Notes: generated from the letters alone by a model not told the origin. Shown: positions 29,777 through 41,211, numbered from the stretch's first letter. The stretch: 64,000 bases of DNA from Flavobacteriales bacterium TMED96 (GCA_002171475.2 NHEX02000054.1:5535-69534); one strand, 5' to 3'. A program made the numbers and translations.

Positions 29777-30863
29777 TTGACAAAATATTATTTATTTGTA
29801 ACACTATTTCTTTAGTTGCATTAGGTCTAGCGAGTTTATAAATAGCTTTTGAAAGTTGTCTCCTAATTTCCTTAGATTCGAGAAGTTTTTGAAGATGCAT
29901 TAAAAACTCGATATTAATTTTTTTTTCTTCAATCATGATAGCAGCTTTTCTATCTACAAGATATTTTGCATTATGAAACTGATGGTTTTCCGAAACATTT
30001 GGAGAGGGGACTAAAATCGATGGTTTTCCAACTATACAAAGTTCAGAAATTGTTAAAGCACCAGCTCTAGAAATGACAATATCACACTCATTATAGAACC
30101 TATCAATTTGTTCCAAAAAGGGGAATATTTTAACAAACTTATTTTCAAATGCCTTGTATCTTTCGTAATAATTTTTACCACATTGCCATATCACCTTGAT
30201 CTTGTTTTTTTTAAAAAATAATATGTTGTTGGAGATAATTTCATTTAATTTTTCGGAGCCTAAACTACCTCCTAATACAAGGATATTTAAACTAAACTTA
30301 CTTAAAAGACTGTTTTTTTTATTTTTTGCCAATTCCAATTTAGATTTAATCAAAGAACTTCTAACAGGATTACCTGTTAAAATAATTTTTTTTTGGGGAA
30401 AAAACCTTTCCATGTTTTCGAAGGCAACAGATATAGTTGTTGCAAAGCGAGAAAGTATTTTATTACTGATCCCTGGTAAATAATTTTGTTCTTGGATCAC
30501 AATTTTTGTTTTGAAAATTGAACCAACAATTAATATAGGAAGACTTGCATATCCACCAGTGCCAATCATAATATTTGGTCTAAATTCAATCCATATTAAA
30601 AGTGCTTGAAAAAAGCTTACGAGTATCTTTAATGGAAGAAAAAAATTCTTCCACCACTTTTTTCTGTTTAGACCTGAAATCCATAATCCTTTTATGGTAA
30701 AACCTGCTTTTGGAACTTTCTTCATTTCCATGTTTCCAAATGCACCAACAAATAAAATTTGGTTTAAAGAATTATTTTTTTTTAAATAACTCCCAATAGC
30801 AATGCCCGGAAATATATGACCTCCAGTACCCCCACCAGATATTATTATTCTGTTATTCTTCAC
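29769..30863 (-). CDS. murG: undecaprenyldiphospho-muramoylpentapeptide beta-N-acetylglucosaminyltransferase
   Basis: 364 aa, containing ISGGGTGGHIFP and C-terminal SRAGALTISEL. Confidence 0.95.
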   Translation of the reverse strand: MKNNRIIISGGGTGGHIFPGIAIGSYLKKNNSLNQILFVGAFGNMEMKKVPKAGFTIKGLWISGLNRKKWWKNFFLPLKILVSFFQALLIWIEFRPNIMIGTGGYASLPILIVGSIFKTKIVIQEQNYLPGISNKILSRFATTISVAFENMERFFPQKKIILTGNPVRSSLIKSKLELAKNKKNSLLSKFSLNILVLGGSLGSEKLNEIISNNILFFKKNKIKVIWQCGKNYYERYKAFENKFVKIFPFLEQIDRFYNECDIVISRAGALTISELCIVGKPSILVPSPNVSENHQFHNAKYLVDRKAAIMIEEKKINIEFLMHLQKLLESKEIRRQLSKAIYKLARPNATKEIVLQINNILSNG

Positions 30864-32046
30864 TGATTATTAGCAATGGATTTGAAACTGTTTTATTCTG
30901 ATTTACTTTACCTTCATTAAATCTTTCCTCACTAACACTTAAAATTATACCAAAAGCTATGCATGTTACCCAAGCTGCAGATCCACCACTGCTCAATAAC
31001 GGGAGGGTTTGCCCTGTAACAGGAAAAATATTAAGTGCAACACCAATATTGATAAACGCTTGAATAATAATTGGTAAACCAGCTGCAATAATCAATAGTT
31101 TAGCATACGCAGAACTTGCATGATGAAGAATCACTGTTATTCTCAAGAGAATTAACAAATAAATTAATATTACCATTATTCCTCCTAATAGTCCAAATTC
31201 TTCAACAATTATAGCATAGATAAAGTCTGAACTGCTTTGAGGTAAAAAGTTTTTCATTACACTTTTGCCAACTCCCAAACCCGTTATACCTCCTGTTGCG
31301 ATTGCAATTTTTGCTCTTTGGACTTGATAATTACCATCTTTACTTAATGAGGGGTTAAAATAATTTTCAACTCTATTTATCCATGTATATAATCTGTCTG
31401 GAGCTTTTTCTGGATATTGGATTGCTAAAAAAATAAATATTGTTAATAGTAAGAAACCAACTAAAAAAATATTCAATAAATATTTCACTGGATAGCAACC
31501 GTAAATTAAAATTAAAAAAACAGTAAATAAAAAAATCAACGCAGTAGATAAATTAGTTGGAAAAACTAATGTGAAGACCAAAAAAACAGGTACCCACAAA
31601 GGGAATAATGTTTTTTTAAAATCAATTTTTTTTTCTTTAATTTTATCCAGATAATATGCTAAATAAATCATCAATATTAGAGAGGCTAAAGAGGATGTTT
31701 GAAAACTAATACCTATTAGCGGAATTTTAATCCACCTACTTGCATTCACCCCATCAATCATTTTACCCTGAGATATTGTGTAAAACAACATTAAAATTAC
31801 AACTGGTAAAAGTAAAATTGATATACCCTTAAAATAGTAAAAAGGAACTTTATGAACGCTCATAATTAAAAGAAACCCAGTAATTAAAATGAATGTATGT
31901 TTTAGTAAGTACTGCCATGGAGATCCAGTTCCAATAACATAACTCAAGTTGGAACTGGCACTAAAGATTGGAAAAAAAGAAAAAATAGCAAGAAGCGCTA
32001 AGAGTCCCCACAAAACTTTATCACCTTGAAATAATTTTCTTTTCAT
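30853..32046 (-). CDS. ftsW: SEDS-family peptidoglycan glycosyltransferase FtsW
   Basis: 397 aa with about 10 TM segments. It contains LPQSSSDFIYAIIVEEFG and PLLSSGGS, and sits in the dcw position of ftsW. Confidence 0.9.
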   Translation of the reverse strand: MKRKLFQGDKVLWGLLALLAIFSFFPIFSASSNLSYVIGTGSPWQYLLKHTFILITGFLLIMSVHKVPFYYFKGISILLLPVVILMLFYTISQGKMIDGVNASRWIKIPLIGISFQTSSLASLILMIYLAYYLDKIKEKKIDFKKTLFPLWVPVFLVFTLVFPTNLSTALIFLFTVFLILIYGCYPVKYLLNIFLVGFLLLTIFIFLAIQYPEKAPDRLYTWINRVENYFNPSLSKDGNYQVQRAKIAIATGGITGLGVGKSVMKNFLPQSSSDFIYAIIVEEFGLLGGIMVILIYLLILLRITVILHHASSAYAKLLIIAAGLPIIIQAFINIGVALNIFPVTGQTLPLLSSGGSAAWVTCIAFGIILSVSEERFNEGKVNQNKTVSNPLLIISEE

Positions 32047-32048
32047 AA

Positions 32049-33389
32049 TTAAAGGTTCCTAACTGCTTGTTTGAATTGGTTTCCACGATCTTCAAAATTT
32101 TTGAAAAGATCAAAACTTGCACACGCAGGCGATAATAAAACGTAATCTTTTTTATTTGCTAGATTATGAGCAATTTTTACTGCCTCAGACATAGATTGAG
32201 TTTCTACTATAACATCGACAACAGGAGAAAAAGATTCAATAATTTTTTCATTGTCTAATCCGATGCAAATTATAGATTTTACCTTTTCTCTTACTAAGGG
32301 TAGTAATTCAATGTAGTTATTGCCTTTATCAATTCCACCAACAATCCACACTGTTTGACCTTCCATGCTTTCAAGAGCATAAAAAGTTGCATTAACATTC
32401 GTGGCTTTTGAATCGTTTATATAAGTTATATTTTGAATTTTTAAAACCTCTTCAAGTCTATGTTCTACATTTGAAAAACTAATTAAACTATCTCTTATGC
32501 ATTTATTTGAGACTTTTAATAGTCTGGCTACTGAAACAGCCGCCATTGCATTTAATAAATTATGTCTTCCTTTTAGGGAAAATTTTAAAGTATCATACAT
32601 ATTAATATTTTTTTTTTCTTTAACAATTATTGATTTTTTTTTAACCGTGGTAACTAAATTTCTTTTTGGAGGATTAAAACCGTAAGGAAACTGAGTTACA
32701 TTTTGGGCATACCTTTTAACAGCTTTTCTCAAAACCTTGTCATCGGAATTGAAAATTAAAAATTGATTTATGCTTTGATTGAGTGTTATATTAAGTTTTG
32801 ATTTTATATATTCATCAAAATCATAATTATATCTGTCTAAATGGTCTGGAGTAATACTTGTAATAACAGAAATGTCAGGCGAAAAATTTAAAATATTATC
32901 TAACTGGAAGCTGCTAATTTCTAGTACATAAATTTTATGATTTTGATCAGCAATAGATCCTGAAAAACTTCTACCAATATTTCCTGCTAAAGCAACATCA
33001 AACCCAGACTTTTTTAAAATATGGTAGATCATTGTTGCCGTTGTAGTTTTACCATTACTGCCTGTTACTCCTATGATTTTTGAATCAGTTTGAGAAAACC
33101 CAAACTCAATCTCGGATATAATATCATTTCTACTCTTTCTAATTTCAACTATTAAATCTGATTTTTGATCAATCCCTGGACTTTTAATTATTTTCTCAGC
33201 TTTAATAATTTTATCTATCGAGTGATGATTTTCCTCATAATCAATTGAAAGTTTTTTAAATAATGACTTTGTTTGTTTTGGAATTTTTTTCAAATCCGAA
33301 ACAAAAACCTGATATCCTGCTTTTTTTGCAAGAATTGCCGCACCTTTTCCACTTTCTCCTGACCCTAAGATTGCGATTAACCCTTTCAT
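32049..33389 (-). CDS. murD: UDP-N-acetylmuramoylalanine--D-glutamate ligase
   Basis: 446 aa with P-loop [12 protein letters not shown] and an N-terminal Rossmann motif ILGSGESG. Confidence 0.95.
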   Translation of the reverse strand: MKGLIAILGSGESGKGAAILAKKAGYQVFVSDLKKIPKQTKSLFKKLSIDYEENHHSIDKIIKAEKIIKSPGIDQKSDLIVEIRKSRNDIISEIEFGFSQTDSKIIGVTGSNGKTTTATMIYHILKKSGFDVALAGNIGRSFSGSIADQNHKIYVLEISSFQLDNILNFSPDISVITSITPDHLDRYNYDFDEYIKSKLNITLNQSINQFLIFNSDDKVLRKAVKRYAQNVTQFPYGFNPPKRNLVTTVKKKSIIVKEKKNINMYDTLKFSLKGRHNLLNAMAAVSVARLLKVSNKCIRDSLISFSNVEHRLEEVLKIQNITYINDSKATNVNATFYALESMEGQTVWIVGGIDKGNNYIELLPLVREKVKSIICIGLDNEKIIESFSPVVDVIVETQSMSEAVKIAHNLANKKDYVLLSPACASFDLFKNFEDRGNQFKQAVRNL

Positions 33390-34603
33390 CTGATTTTTAA
33401 AGTTAAAATTGCAAGGACGCTCAATAAAACTCCAATTATCAAGAACCTATTTGTAATTTTACTTTCATGAATACCTTTTTTTTGATAATGATGATGGATT
33501 GGAGACATTAAAAAAATTCTCTCACCTACTCCTTTTTTCTTTCTTGTATACTTGAAGTAGAAAACTTGAATTAAAACAGATAAAACTTCTATTAGATAAA
33601 TTCCACAAATGATTGGAAGTAGTAATTCTTTTCTAACCATAATAGCAATAACTGAAATTAATGCCCCAACAGTCAAACTTCCCGTGTCACCCATAAAAAC
33701 ACTGGCTGGATAGGTGTTGAACCATAGGAAACCAATCAATCCTCCAGTAAATGATGCAATAAAAACAGTGATTTCCCCTACATTAGGTATATACATGATA
33801 TTTAAATAATCTGAAAAGATTATATTTCCCGAGACCCAAGCAAAAATACCAAGTGTTATGGCCATAATTGCTGAACTCCCAGCAGCTAAACCGTCAATAC
33901 CATCAGTTAAATTTGCGCCATTTGAGACCGCAGTTACTATAAAAATTACCATTGGAATAAAAATTACCCATGTCATTGATTTTGGAATTGAAGACCATTC
34001 AATAAGATAATAGTAGTCAAACTCATTATCCTTGACTAATGGAATTGTAGTTTTTGTAGATTTCTCCTCTTGATAAAAAGTTTTATTTTGAAATTTTGAA
34101 CTTTTCGAAAATTCTGATATTTTTTGTTTTATTGTTATGTCAGGATGGAAATAAATAGTCAAGCTGATAACAATTCCTAACATAATCTGCCCAATAACTT
34201 TAAAACCCCCTTTTAAACCCTTTTTATTGTTTTTGAATATTTTAATATAATCGTCAATAAAACCAATAATACCCATCCATAGGGTCGTGAATATTAATAA
34301 AATTATATATATGTTGTTAAACTTAGACAACAGGAGTACAGGTACTATAGTTCCAATTATTATTATGATTCCACCCATAGATGGTGTGCCATTTTTTTTT
34401 GATTCGTCGCTTATGCCCAGTATTCTTACTTTTTCACCAATCTTATTAATTGTTAAGATTTTAATAATTTTCCTTCCAAAAAAAATTGATATAATTAGTG
34501 AGAAAATTAGAGCGAATGCTGCTCTAAATGAGATATATTGAAAGAGTCCTGCTCCAGGTATCTGGTAATTATCTTCGAGAAAATTGAATAAATAATAAAG
34601 CAT
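33386..34603 (-). CDS. mraY: phospho-N-acetylmuramoyl-pentapeptide transferase
   Basis: 405 aa polytopic protein, containing [18 protein letters not shown] and SPIHHH. Confidence 0.95.
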   Translation of the reverse strand: MLYYLFNFLEDNYQIPGAGLFQYISFRAAFALIFSLIISIFFGRKIIKILTINKIGEKVRILGISDESKKNGTPSMGGIIIIIGTIVPVLLLSKFNNIYIILLIFTTLWMGIIGFIDDYIKIFKNNKKGLKGGFKVIGQIMLGIVISLTIYFHPDITIKQKISEFSKSSKFQNKTFYQEEKSTKTTIPLVKDNEFDYYYLIEWSSIPKSMTWVIFIPMVIFIVTAVSNGANLTDGIDGLAAGSSAIMAITLGIFAWVSGNIIFSDYLNIMYIPNVGEITVFIASFTGGLIGFLWFNTYPASVFMGDTGSLTVGALISVIAIMVRKELLLPIICGIYLIEVLSVLIQVFYFKYTRKKKGVGERIFLMSPIHHHYQKKGIHESKITNRFLIIGVLLSVLAILTLKIR

Positions 34604-34608
34604 AATAT

Positions 34609-36056
34609 TTATCTTAGTAATTCTTTTACAATTTTTATATCATCAAAAGGAATTTTCTGCCCTTGGATTTCTTGAAAGGTCTCATGACCCTTGCCAACAA
34701 CTAATAGAATATCACCAGAATTAAGCTGTGAACATCCTCTTTCTATTGCTTTACGCCTATTAATTATTTTTGATATTTTTTTGATATTGTTGGGGTCAAT
34801 TCCCAATAACATGTCATTAATTATTTTTTCAGGTTTTTCATACCTTGGATTATCGGATGTGAAAATAACTTTATCACAACCATTCAAAACTATTTCGCCC
34901 ATTTTTGACCTCTTACCTAAGTCCCTATTGCCACCACACCCAATTATAGTTGTAAATAATTCGTTTTTTGTTCTTATTTGGCTAATTGTATCAATGACAT
35001 TTTTTAGACTATTTGGAGTGTGAGCATAATCAATAATTACATATGCATCATTTGGCGTTTTTAAAATTTCAAACCTCCCTTTAATTCCCTTGGTTTGACT
35101 CAAAATTTTTAAAATTTCAATTGACTTAATTCCAGCGATATCAGCTACTGAAAAAACTGCTAGAAGATTAGAAGCATTAAATTTTCCTATAAGGGGTGTC
35201 CAAAACTCTTTGTTGTTTATTTTCAAAAGCATTCCAGAGAAATCAATTTCTAAAACTTTTGCCATATAATCTGCCAAGTTTTTAATCCCAAATGTTTTAA
35301 CTTTTGATAAACAATTTTGTACCATGAATTTTGAATTTTTATCATCTGCATTTATAATCGCAAAAGAGTCACGTTTTAGGTTATCAAAAAATTTCTTTTT
35401 AACATTCCTATAAGAGGCAAAAGATTTATGATAATCTAAATGATCTCTAGTAATATTTGTAAAAACCCCACAATAAAATTTTAGTCCATTTATCCTATCT
35501 TGATCTATCCCGTGTGAAGAAACTTCCATAAAACAAAACTCAATTTTTTTAAATATCATTTCGTTGAGCACTTCATTTATTTTTTTTGAATCTGGAGTAG
35601 TGTGTTGATTTTTAAAAATATTACCAGCATATTGTATATTGATAGTGGAAATTAATCCTGAATTTAATCCTGCTTTATTGAATAGATTGAAAAGAGTAGT
35701 CGCGACTGTTGTTTTACCGTTTGTCCCAGTAACACCCACTAATTTTATTTTTTTGATGGATTGTCGTAAAAGTTTGATGTAACTATTGATAATGCTTTCC
35801 TAGTATTTGGAGTTTTTATAGTAGTTATTTTTTCTTCCCCAAAACTGTGATCATTATAAATTATAGCAGAAGCACCATTTTCTATCGCCTTATTAATAAA
35901 TGTGTGGCCATCAGCATTTTCACCTTTGACAGCAACAAACAATGAACCATCTACAACTTTTCTAGAGTCAAATTCAATTGATTTAATGATTATACTTGTA
36001 TCTCCTTTAATGGAATCCAAATCAACGCCGTAGATGATATCTTTTAATTTTTTCAT
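34609..36056 (-). pseudogene. murE: UDP-N-acetylmuramoyl-L-alanyl-D-glutamate--2,6-diaminopimelate ligase, split by a 1-nt frame break in an A7 run (probably a sequence error)
   Basis: The N-terminal ORF 35745..36056 ends ...YDNPSKK*. The C-terminal ORF 34609..35739 starts at GVTGTNGKTT. Adding one A to the run at 35748-35754 gives ...PSKKIKLVGVTGTNGKTT, a contiguous MurE of about 480 aa. Confidence 0.9.
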
Positions 36057-38047
36057 GACAGATATAAAATGATTTTTTTATTATAATCTACTTTAGATCC
36101 GGATTTAACAGATTGTTTGAATACTTTCCCTTCTCCTTTAAGGACAAATTTTATACCTAGTTGCTCTAGAATTACTATTGCGTCCATCGCAGGCATTCCA
36201 ATTAAATCTGGAATAACAGAGATTTCGCTTTTGTTATTTCTTATAGTTTTTTTAAAGTTTTTATAAAGGTTGTGGTTGATAGACTTTACAATTACATCTC
36301 TAGGAGTTCTAGAAAATAATTTTTCTGCTATTTCTTTAAAAACTGGAGCCGCAACTTCACCCCCATAATAACCAATTTTCTTATCTGGTCTATTTATAAC
36401 TACAATACAAGAGTATTCCGGTTTTTCATATGGGAAATAACCAACAAAACTTGAAACATATTGGATCTCATCTGAAGTATAGTCAATTTGACAAGTACCT
36501 GTCTTTCCGGCCATTTTCAAATTACTACTTTTAATTTTGTTTGCAGTTCCCCACGTCTTATCGATAACATTGAACATCATTTTTTGAACTTTAACTAATG
36601 TTGTATAAGAACAAATGGAAGGATTTAAGATTTCCTTTTCATATTTTTTAATGAATGATGATCCAGAATTTTTAATTTTATATATAAAGCGTGGTTTGAC
36701 TATTTCTCCTCCATTAGCAATACCATTATAAAATGAAAGGATTTGCAAAGGCGTTAGTTTAACTCCATATCCAAATGCCATCCATGGCAATGAAATTCCA
36801 CTCCAATTTTTATCTCCAGGGTAAGGTATCATTGGCTCACCTTCTCCTTTTATACTTAAGCCTAATTGATTGCTTAGTCCCATATTATATAGTCTATCAA
36901 CAAATTTTTTTGGGTTACTTTTATAATTTTCATAAACCATTTTTACTATTCCTGTATTTGAAGAGACTTCAAATGCTTTTGCAGGAGTTAATTTTCCATA
37001 ACCCCCTTTTTTTGAATCACGAACTTTGTATTTATCATAAAAGATAATTTCACCATTTTTTGTATCAATCAACTTTTTACTTATTTGATCATTATTTTCT
37101 AATGTGGCTATTATTGACATCAATTTAAACGTAGAGCCGGGTTCCTGTGACTCTGCTACTGCATAATTGAATTTTTCATAATATTTACCGTTTTTGGTTT
37201 TAGAAAGATTAACAATAGATTTTATTTCCCCTGAATTTGTTTTCATAACAACAGCACAACCATGGTCAGCCTTGTATTTTTCTAACTGTCGCAAAAGTGC
37301 ATGATGAGTTATATCTTGAATATTTGTGTTTATAGTTGAATAAACGTCGTAACCCTCTGTAGGCTCTATTTCGTTGTTGTCATTAATGGGCTTCCATTGC
37401 CCATTAGCTATTTTTTGTTTCAATCTTTGTCCACTTTGGCCTTTTAAAAAGTGACTAAAAGCACCTTCCATACCAACTCTTATATAATGACCTGAAGGGT
37501 CCTTTTTTTCATAACCGATTGTTCTTTCACAAATTTTACCCATTGGGTTTTCTCTAACTTCTTTTGATTCGGCAATTAATCCTCCTTTTAAGGAGGAAAG
37601 ATTAAAGAGGGGTAGTTTTTTAATTTGTTTGTACTGAGAATAACTTAAATCTCTTGATATTAAAAGATACCTGTTTCCGTCTTTTCTAGCTTTTTTTAAA
37701 ATGTCTAAGTAATAATTAGATTTTTTTCCTAAAATCTTTGAAAGTCCTTTTGAAAGATTTAATATATTTTTTTGAAAATTTTGTTCTGAGGGAACTTTGG
37801 AATCCCATCTGATTTCATAACGTGGTGTTGTCGTTGCGAGTAAACTTTTATCATCCGAATATATGTTACCTCTGCTAGGTTCTAAAATAAAATTTTTAAT
37901 TGTATTATTCTCAGATATTTTCCTGTAGTAATCACCTTCTTCTATTTGTATATATAATAATTTACCAATTAAAATAAGTGCAAAAAAAACGATAAAAGTT
38001 AACGATATATAGTATCTGAACATTATTTTTCTTTCTGTATAATCCAT
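36053..38047 (-). CDS. ftsI: penicillin-binding protein 3 (FtsI transpeptidase)
   Basis: 664 aa with an N-terminal TM segment, the active-site motifs STFK, SSN and KTGT, and a C-terminal PASTA-like domain. Confidence 0.9.
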   Translation of the reverse strand: MDYTERKIMFRYYISLTFIVFFALILIGKLLYIQIEEGDYYRKISENNTIKNFILEPSRGNIYSDDKSLLATTTPRYEIRWDSKVPSEQNFQKNILNLSKGLSKILGKKSNYYLDILKKARKDGNRYLLISRDLSYSQYKQIKKLPLFNLSSLKGGLIAESKEVRENPMGKICERTIGYEKKDPSGHYIRVGMEGAFSHFLKGQSGQRLKQKIANGQWKPINDNNEIEPTEGYDVYSTINTNIQDITHHALLRQLEKYKADHGCAVVMKTNSGEIKSIVNLSKTKNGKYYEKFNYAVAESQEPGSTFKLMSIIATLENNDQISKKLIDTKNGEIIFYDKYKVRDSKKGGYGKLTPAKAFEVSSNTGIVKMVYENYKSNPKKFVDRLYNMGLSNQLGLSIKGEGEPMIPYPGDKNWSGISLPWMAFGYGVKLTPLQILSFYNGIANGGEIVKPRFIYKIKNSGSSFIKKYEKEILNPSICSYTTLVKVQKMMFNVIDKTWGTANKIKSSNLKMAGKTGTCQIDYTSDEIQYVSSFVGYFPYEKPEYSCIVVINRPDKKIGYYGGEVAAPVFKEIAEKLFSRTPRDVIVKSINHNLYKNFKKTIRNNKSEISVIPDLIGMPAMDAIVILEQLGIKFVLKGEGKVFKQSVKSGSKVDYNKKIILYLS

Positions 38048-38355
38048 TATTTCCTTAATTTTAATTTTAAGGGTTGTTCTTTAGATGGACCAACTCCAAT
38101 TTCAAGAAGTCTCTTAGCAACTCTAGTTTCTAATTTTAAAAACATTAATTCAGATTTGTTTTCTACAAATTCACTTTTCACGAGTTTTAACTCATTATTC
38201 AAATTCGCAATCTGATAAATTTTTTTATCTGCACTGTGACCACTTGCTATTGAAATCATTGCAAGAGTTGATATAAATAAAATCATCCTCCAATTTTTCA
38301 TAGAGTCCTCTTTTAACAAAAAATCAATATTTAAAAGAGATAAAATATATTTCAT
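38047..38355 (-). CDS. ftsL: FtsL-like cell division protein
   Basis: 102 aa with one TM segment and a coiled-coil. It lies between rsmH and ftsI. Confidence 0.6.
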   Translation of the reverse strand: MKYILSLLNIDFLLKEDSMKNWRMILFISTLAMISIASGHSADKKIYQIANLNNELKLVKSEFVENKSELMFLKLETRVAKRLLEIGVGPSKEQPLKLKLRK

Positions 38356-39263
38356 ATTTTTTCAGCTATTCTCATCTTGGCACTTCTTGCCCTTTTATTT
38401 TTTTTAATTTCATTAATGTCAGGTACAATCAAGCCTCCAATTTTTTTAAATGGTTTTTGAACATTGCCAAAAAAATCCCTGTTATCTAAATTGTCAAACG
38501 AACCACTTCTAATGAAATTTTTTATCAGTCTATCTTCTAAAGAATGATATGAAATACAAACTATTCTGCCTTTTACTTTTACTAATTCTGATGCTTGTAA
38601 CAAAAGCTGCTTAATAATTTCCAGTTCGTTATTTACTTCTATTCGTATAGATTGGAAAATCTTAGCAAGATTTTTATACTTTGAAAATTTACTTATGCTT
38701 TTTTCTAATACTTTAACAAGATCTGTTGTTGATTTTATTGGTTTTGTTTTCCTGTGAGACACAATTTTTTTTGCGATTTCTTTTGCCTTAATAACTTGGC
38801 CATATTCTTTAAATATTTTATAGAGTCTTTTCTCTTCATAATTATTAACGACACTTTCAGCTGTTAAATCTGAGGCTTTATTCATCCTCATATCCAATGG
38901 ACCATGTTTAATCATAGAAAAACCTCTCGATGGAATATCTAGTTGATATGATGATACACCAAAATCTGCAATTATGCCATTTACCTTATAAATCTCATAA
39001 TGATTTAGATGCTTTTTCAAATGCTTAAAATTAGAGTTGATAAAAAAAAATCTTCTATCGTTAATTAAATTTTTCTTTGAGTCAATATCCTGATCAAATG
39101 CGAATAACTTCCCTTTTTTAGATAATCTGCATAAGATCTCCTTTGAGTGGCCACCACCACCAAAAGTGACATCAACATATATTCCGTTTGTATCAGTAAT
39201 AAGTGCACATATGGATTTTTCAAGTAATACTGGATTATGGTAATGAAATTTATTCATTGTCAT
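38352..39263 (-). CDS. rsmH: 16S rRNA (cytosine1402-N4)-methyltransferase
   Basis: 303 aa, containing HNPVLL, DVTFGGGGHS and DFGVSSYQLD. Confidence 0.95.
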   Translation of the reverse strand: MTMNKFHYHNPVLLEKSICALITDTNGIYVDVTFGGGGHSKEILCRLSKKGKLFAFDQDIDSKKNLINDRRFFFINSNFKHLKKHLNHYEIYKVNGIIADFGVSSYQLDIPSRGFSMIKHGPLDMRMNKASDLTAESVVNNYEEKRLYKIFKEYGQVIKAKEIAKKIVSHRKTKPIKSTTDLVKVLEKSISKFSKYKNLAKIFQSIRIEVNNELEIIKQLLLQASELVKVKGRIVCISYHSLEDRLIKNFIRSGSFDNLDNRDFFGNVQKPFKKIGGLIVPDINEIKKNKRARSAKMRIAEKI

Positions 39264-39705
39264 CTCCCATTACTTCTTCAGCCAAGGAACTGAAATCAAC
39301 TTTCGCTTCATCAATAATTTCTTCATATAGCTTTTTATCCCATATTTCGAGAATGTTTACAGCAGCACTTAAAACTATGTCCTTTCTAATACATGCATGT
39401 TTTATTAAGTCTTTGGGAATTAATAATCTTCCATTTGTGTCTATATCTACCATTTTTACTCCAGCAGTAAATCGACGGATAAAGTCTATATTTTTTTTGT
39501 TGAAACGATTCAACTGATCAATTTTATTCATCACAAATTTCCACTGATCAAAAGGGTATAAGTCGAGGCATTTATTAAATAAACCTCTTTTTATAACAAA
39601 ACCATTTTCACTAGATATAGTTATTTGTTTTTTTAACGCTGAAGGGATTAAAATTCTTCCTTTCACGTCAATTTTACACTCATAAGTTCCTATAAAATGG
39701 TTCAA
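39250..39705 (-). CDS. mraZ: division/cell-wall cluster transcriptional regulator MraZ
   Basis: 151 aa with duplicated SpoVT/AbrB-like halves (DVKGRILIP and DTNGRLLIP). The start codon is TTG. Confidence 0.95.
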   Translation of the reverse strand: MNHFIGTYECKIDVKGRILIPSALKKQITISSENGFVIKRGLFNKCLDLYPFDQWKFVMNKIDQLNRFNKKNIDFIRRFTAGVKMVDIDTNGRLLIPKDLIKHACIRKDIVLSAAVNILEIWDKKLYEEIIDEAKVDFSSLAEEVMGDDNE

Positions 39706-39737
39706 TTTCTTTATTCTTTTTATAAATATATAAGATA

Positions 39738-39786
39738 TTTACCACATTTAACCACTTATTACCACAATGTTGATAACTTTTACCAC
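39738..39786 (-). promoter_or_regulatory. candidate MraZ operator: four GTGGTWAA direct repeats, three of them phased at exactly 10 bp
   Basis: On the plus strand, ACCAC occurs at 39741-45, 39751-55, 39761-65 and 39782-86, each preceded by TTW. On the mraZ sense strand these read GTGGTAA or GTGGTTAA, 36-81 nt upstream of the mraZ start. Confidence 0.5.
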
Positions 39787-39873
39787 TCAGTTAAATTTCA
39801 AACTTTAAAAAATAAAATAGAAATGAATGCATTGAATTAGTTATATTTGGATGGAGTGTAAATAGAGACTTTA

Positions 39874-40623
39874 TTGAAAAATTACAATTATATAGAAAAA
39901 GGTGAAGGACAAGTAATTATTCTTCTTCACGGCTTGATGGGAGGATTAAGCAATTTTAAAGACGTTATAGACTTTTTCTCATCTAAAAATTATAAGGTTG
40001 TTATTCCAGAATTACCAATTTATACTTTACCCCTGAAGGAAACTAGTGTGACGGCTTTTTCAGATTTTTTAGAAGACTTCGTTAAATTTAAAAAACTTAA
40101 TAACCCCATTTTACTTGGGAATTCTTTAGGTGGACACATAGGTCTAATTTTTTCAAATAAAAACCCAAATCTTGTAAAATCACTAGTGTTAACTGGAAGC
40201 TCTGGATTATATGAAAACTCTATGGGTGAAAGTTATCCTAAAAGAGAAAATTATAACTATATAAAAAGAAAAACGGAAGAGGTTTTTTATAACCCAAAGG
40301 TTGCAACTAAAGTGATAGTAGATGAGGTTTTTGAGACTGTTAACGATAGAGATAAGCTTGTAAGAACACTCGCAATTGCAAAAAGCGCCATCAGACACAA
40401 TATGTCTAGCGATTTACCTAATATTAAAACCCCTACTCTATTAATCTGGGGAGAAAACGACTTGGTTACGCCTCCTGAAGTTGCTATTGAATTTAATTCA
40501 TTACTTCCTAACTCTGAACTAATATGGATGAAGAAATGTGGTCACGCTCCAATGATGGAACATCCAAAGGAGTTTAACAGAATTTTATTTAATTGGCTTG
40601 ATCCAAAAAAAAATTCTATTTAA
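39874..40623 (+). CDS. alpha/beta-fold hydrolase
   Basis: 249 aa with a TTG start. It has the HGLMGG oxyanion motif, the nucleophile elbow GNSLGG, and a C-terminal CGHAPMMEHP. Confidence 0.8.
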   Translation: MKNYNYIEKGEGQVIILLHGLMGGLSNFKDVIDFFSSKNYKVVIPELPIYTLPLKETSVTAFSDFLEDFVKFKKLNNPILLGNSLGGHIGLIFSNKNPNLVKSLVLTGSSGLYENSMGESYPKRENYNYIKRKTEEVFYNPKVATKVIVDEVFETVNDRDKLVRTLAIAKSAIRHNMSSDLPNIKTPTLLIWGENDLVTPPEVAIEFNSLLPNSELIWMKKCGHAPMMEHPKEFNRILFNWLDPKKNSI

Positions 40624-41211
40624 ATGGATGTATTTAATTCTGAATTTATAGCAAGTAGCCCAAATGTAAAAAATTGTCCAAATGAATTTATTCCTGAATA
40701 TGCTTTTATTGGGAGATCAAATGTTGGAAAATCTTCTTTAATTAATTCTATCTGTAAAAAAAAAAATTTAGCAAAAACATCCGGAAAACCTGGAAAGACT
40801 AGACTTATAAATCATTTTAAGATCAATAATAGTTGGTATCTAACTGACTTGCCAGGTTATGGCTATACACGTCTATCTAAAACAGAAAAAAAAAATATTG
40901 AAAAATTAATTACAACCTATTTTTTACACAGAAAACAAATCAGATTAATTTTTTTGATTATAGATATTAGACATAAACCCCTTGAGATAGATATAAATTT
41001 CATGTCATGGCTTATTGCTGAGGGCATGAGGTTTTGTATCATTTTTTCTAAATGCGACAAGCTTAAAAAGGAGAAAGTTAACGCCCTTGATTACATTTTA
41101 AAAATAAAAAATAAACTAAATAAAGAACCAAAATATTTCACCACCTCTTCAAAAAAAAATGAGGGTGTCGAAGAAGTTTTAAAATACATAGAGGGTCTCA
41201 ATGTTTTATAG
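40624..41211 (+). CDS. engB: ribosome-biogenesis GTPase YihA/YsxC (EngB)
   Basis: 195 aa with G1 GRSNVGKSS, G3 DLPGYG and G4 SKCD. Confidence 0.9.
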   Translation: MDVFNSEFIASSPNVKNCPNEFIPEYAFIGRSNVGKSSLINSICKKKNLAKTSGKPGKTRLINHFKINNSWYLTDLPGYGYTRLSKTEKKNIEKLITTYFLHRKQIRLIFLIIDIRHKPLEIDINFMSWLIAEGMRFCIIFSKCDKLKKEKVNALDYILKIKNKLNKEPKYFTTSSKKNEGVEEVLKYIEGLNVL

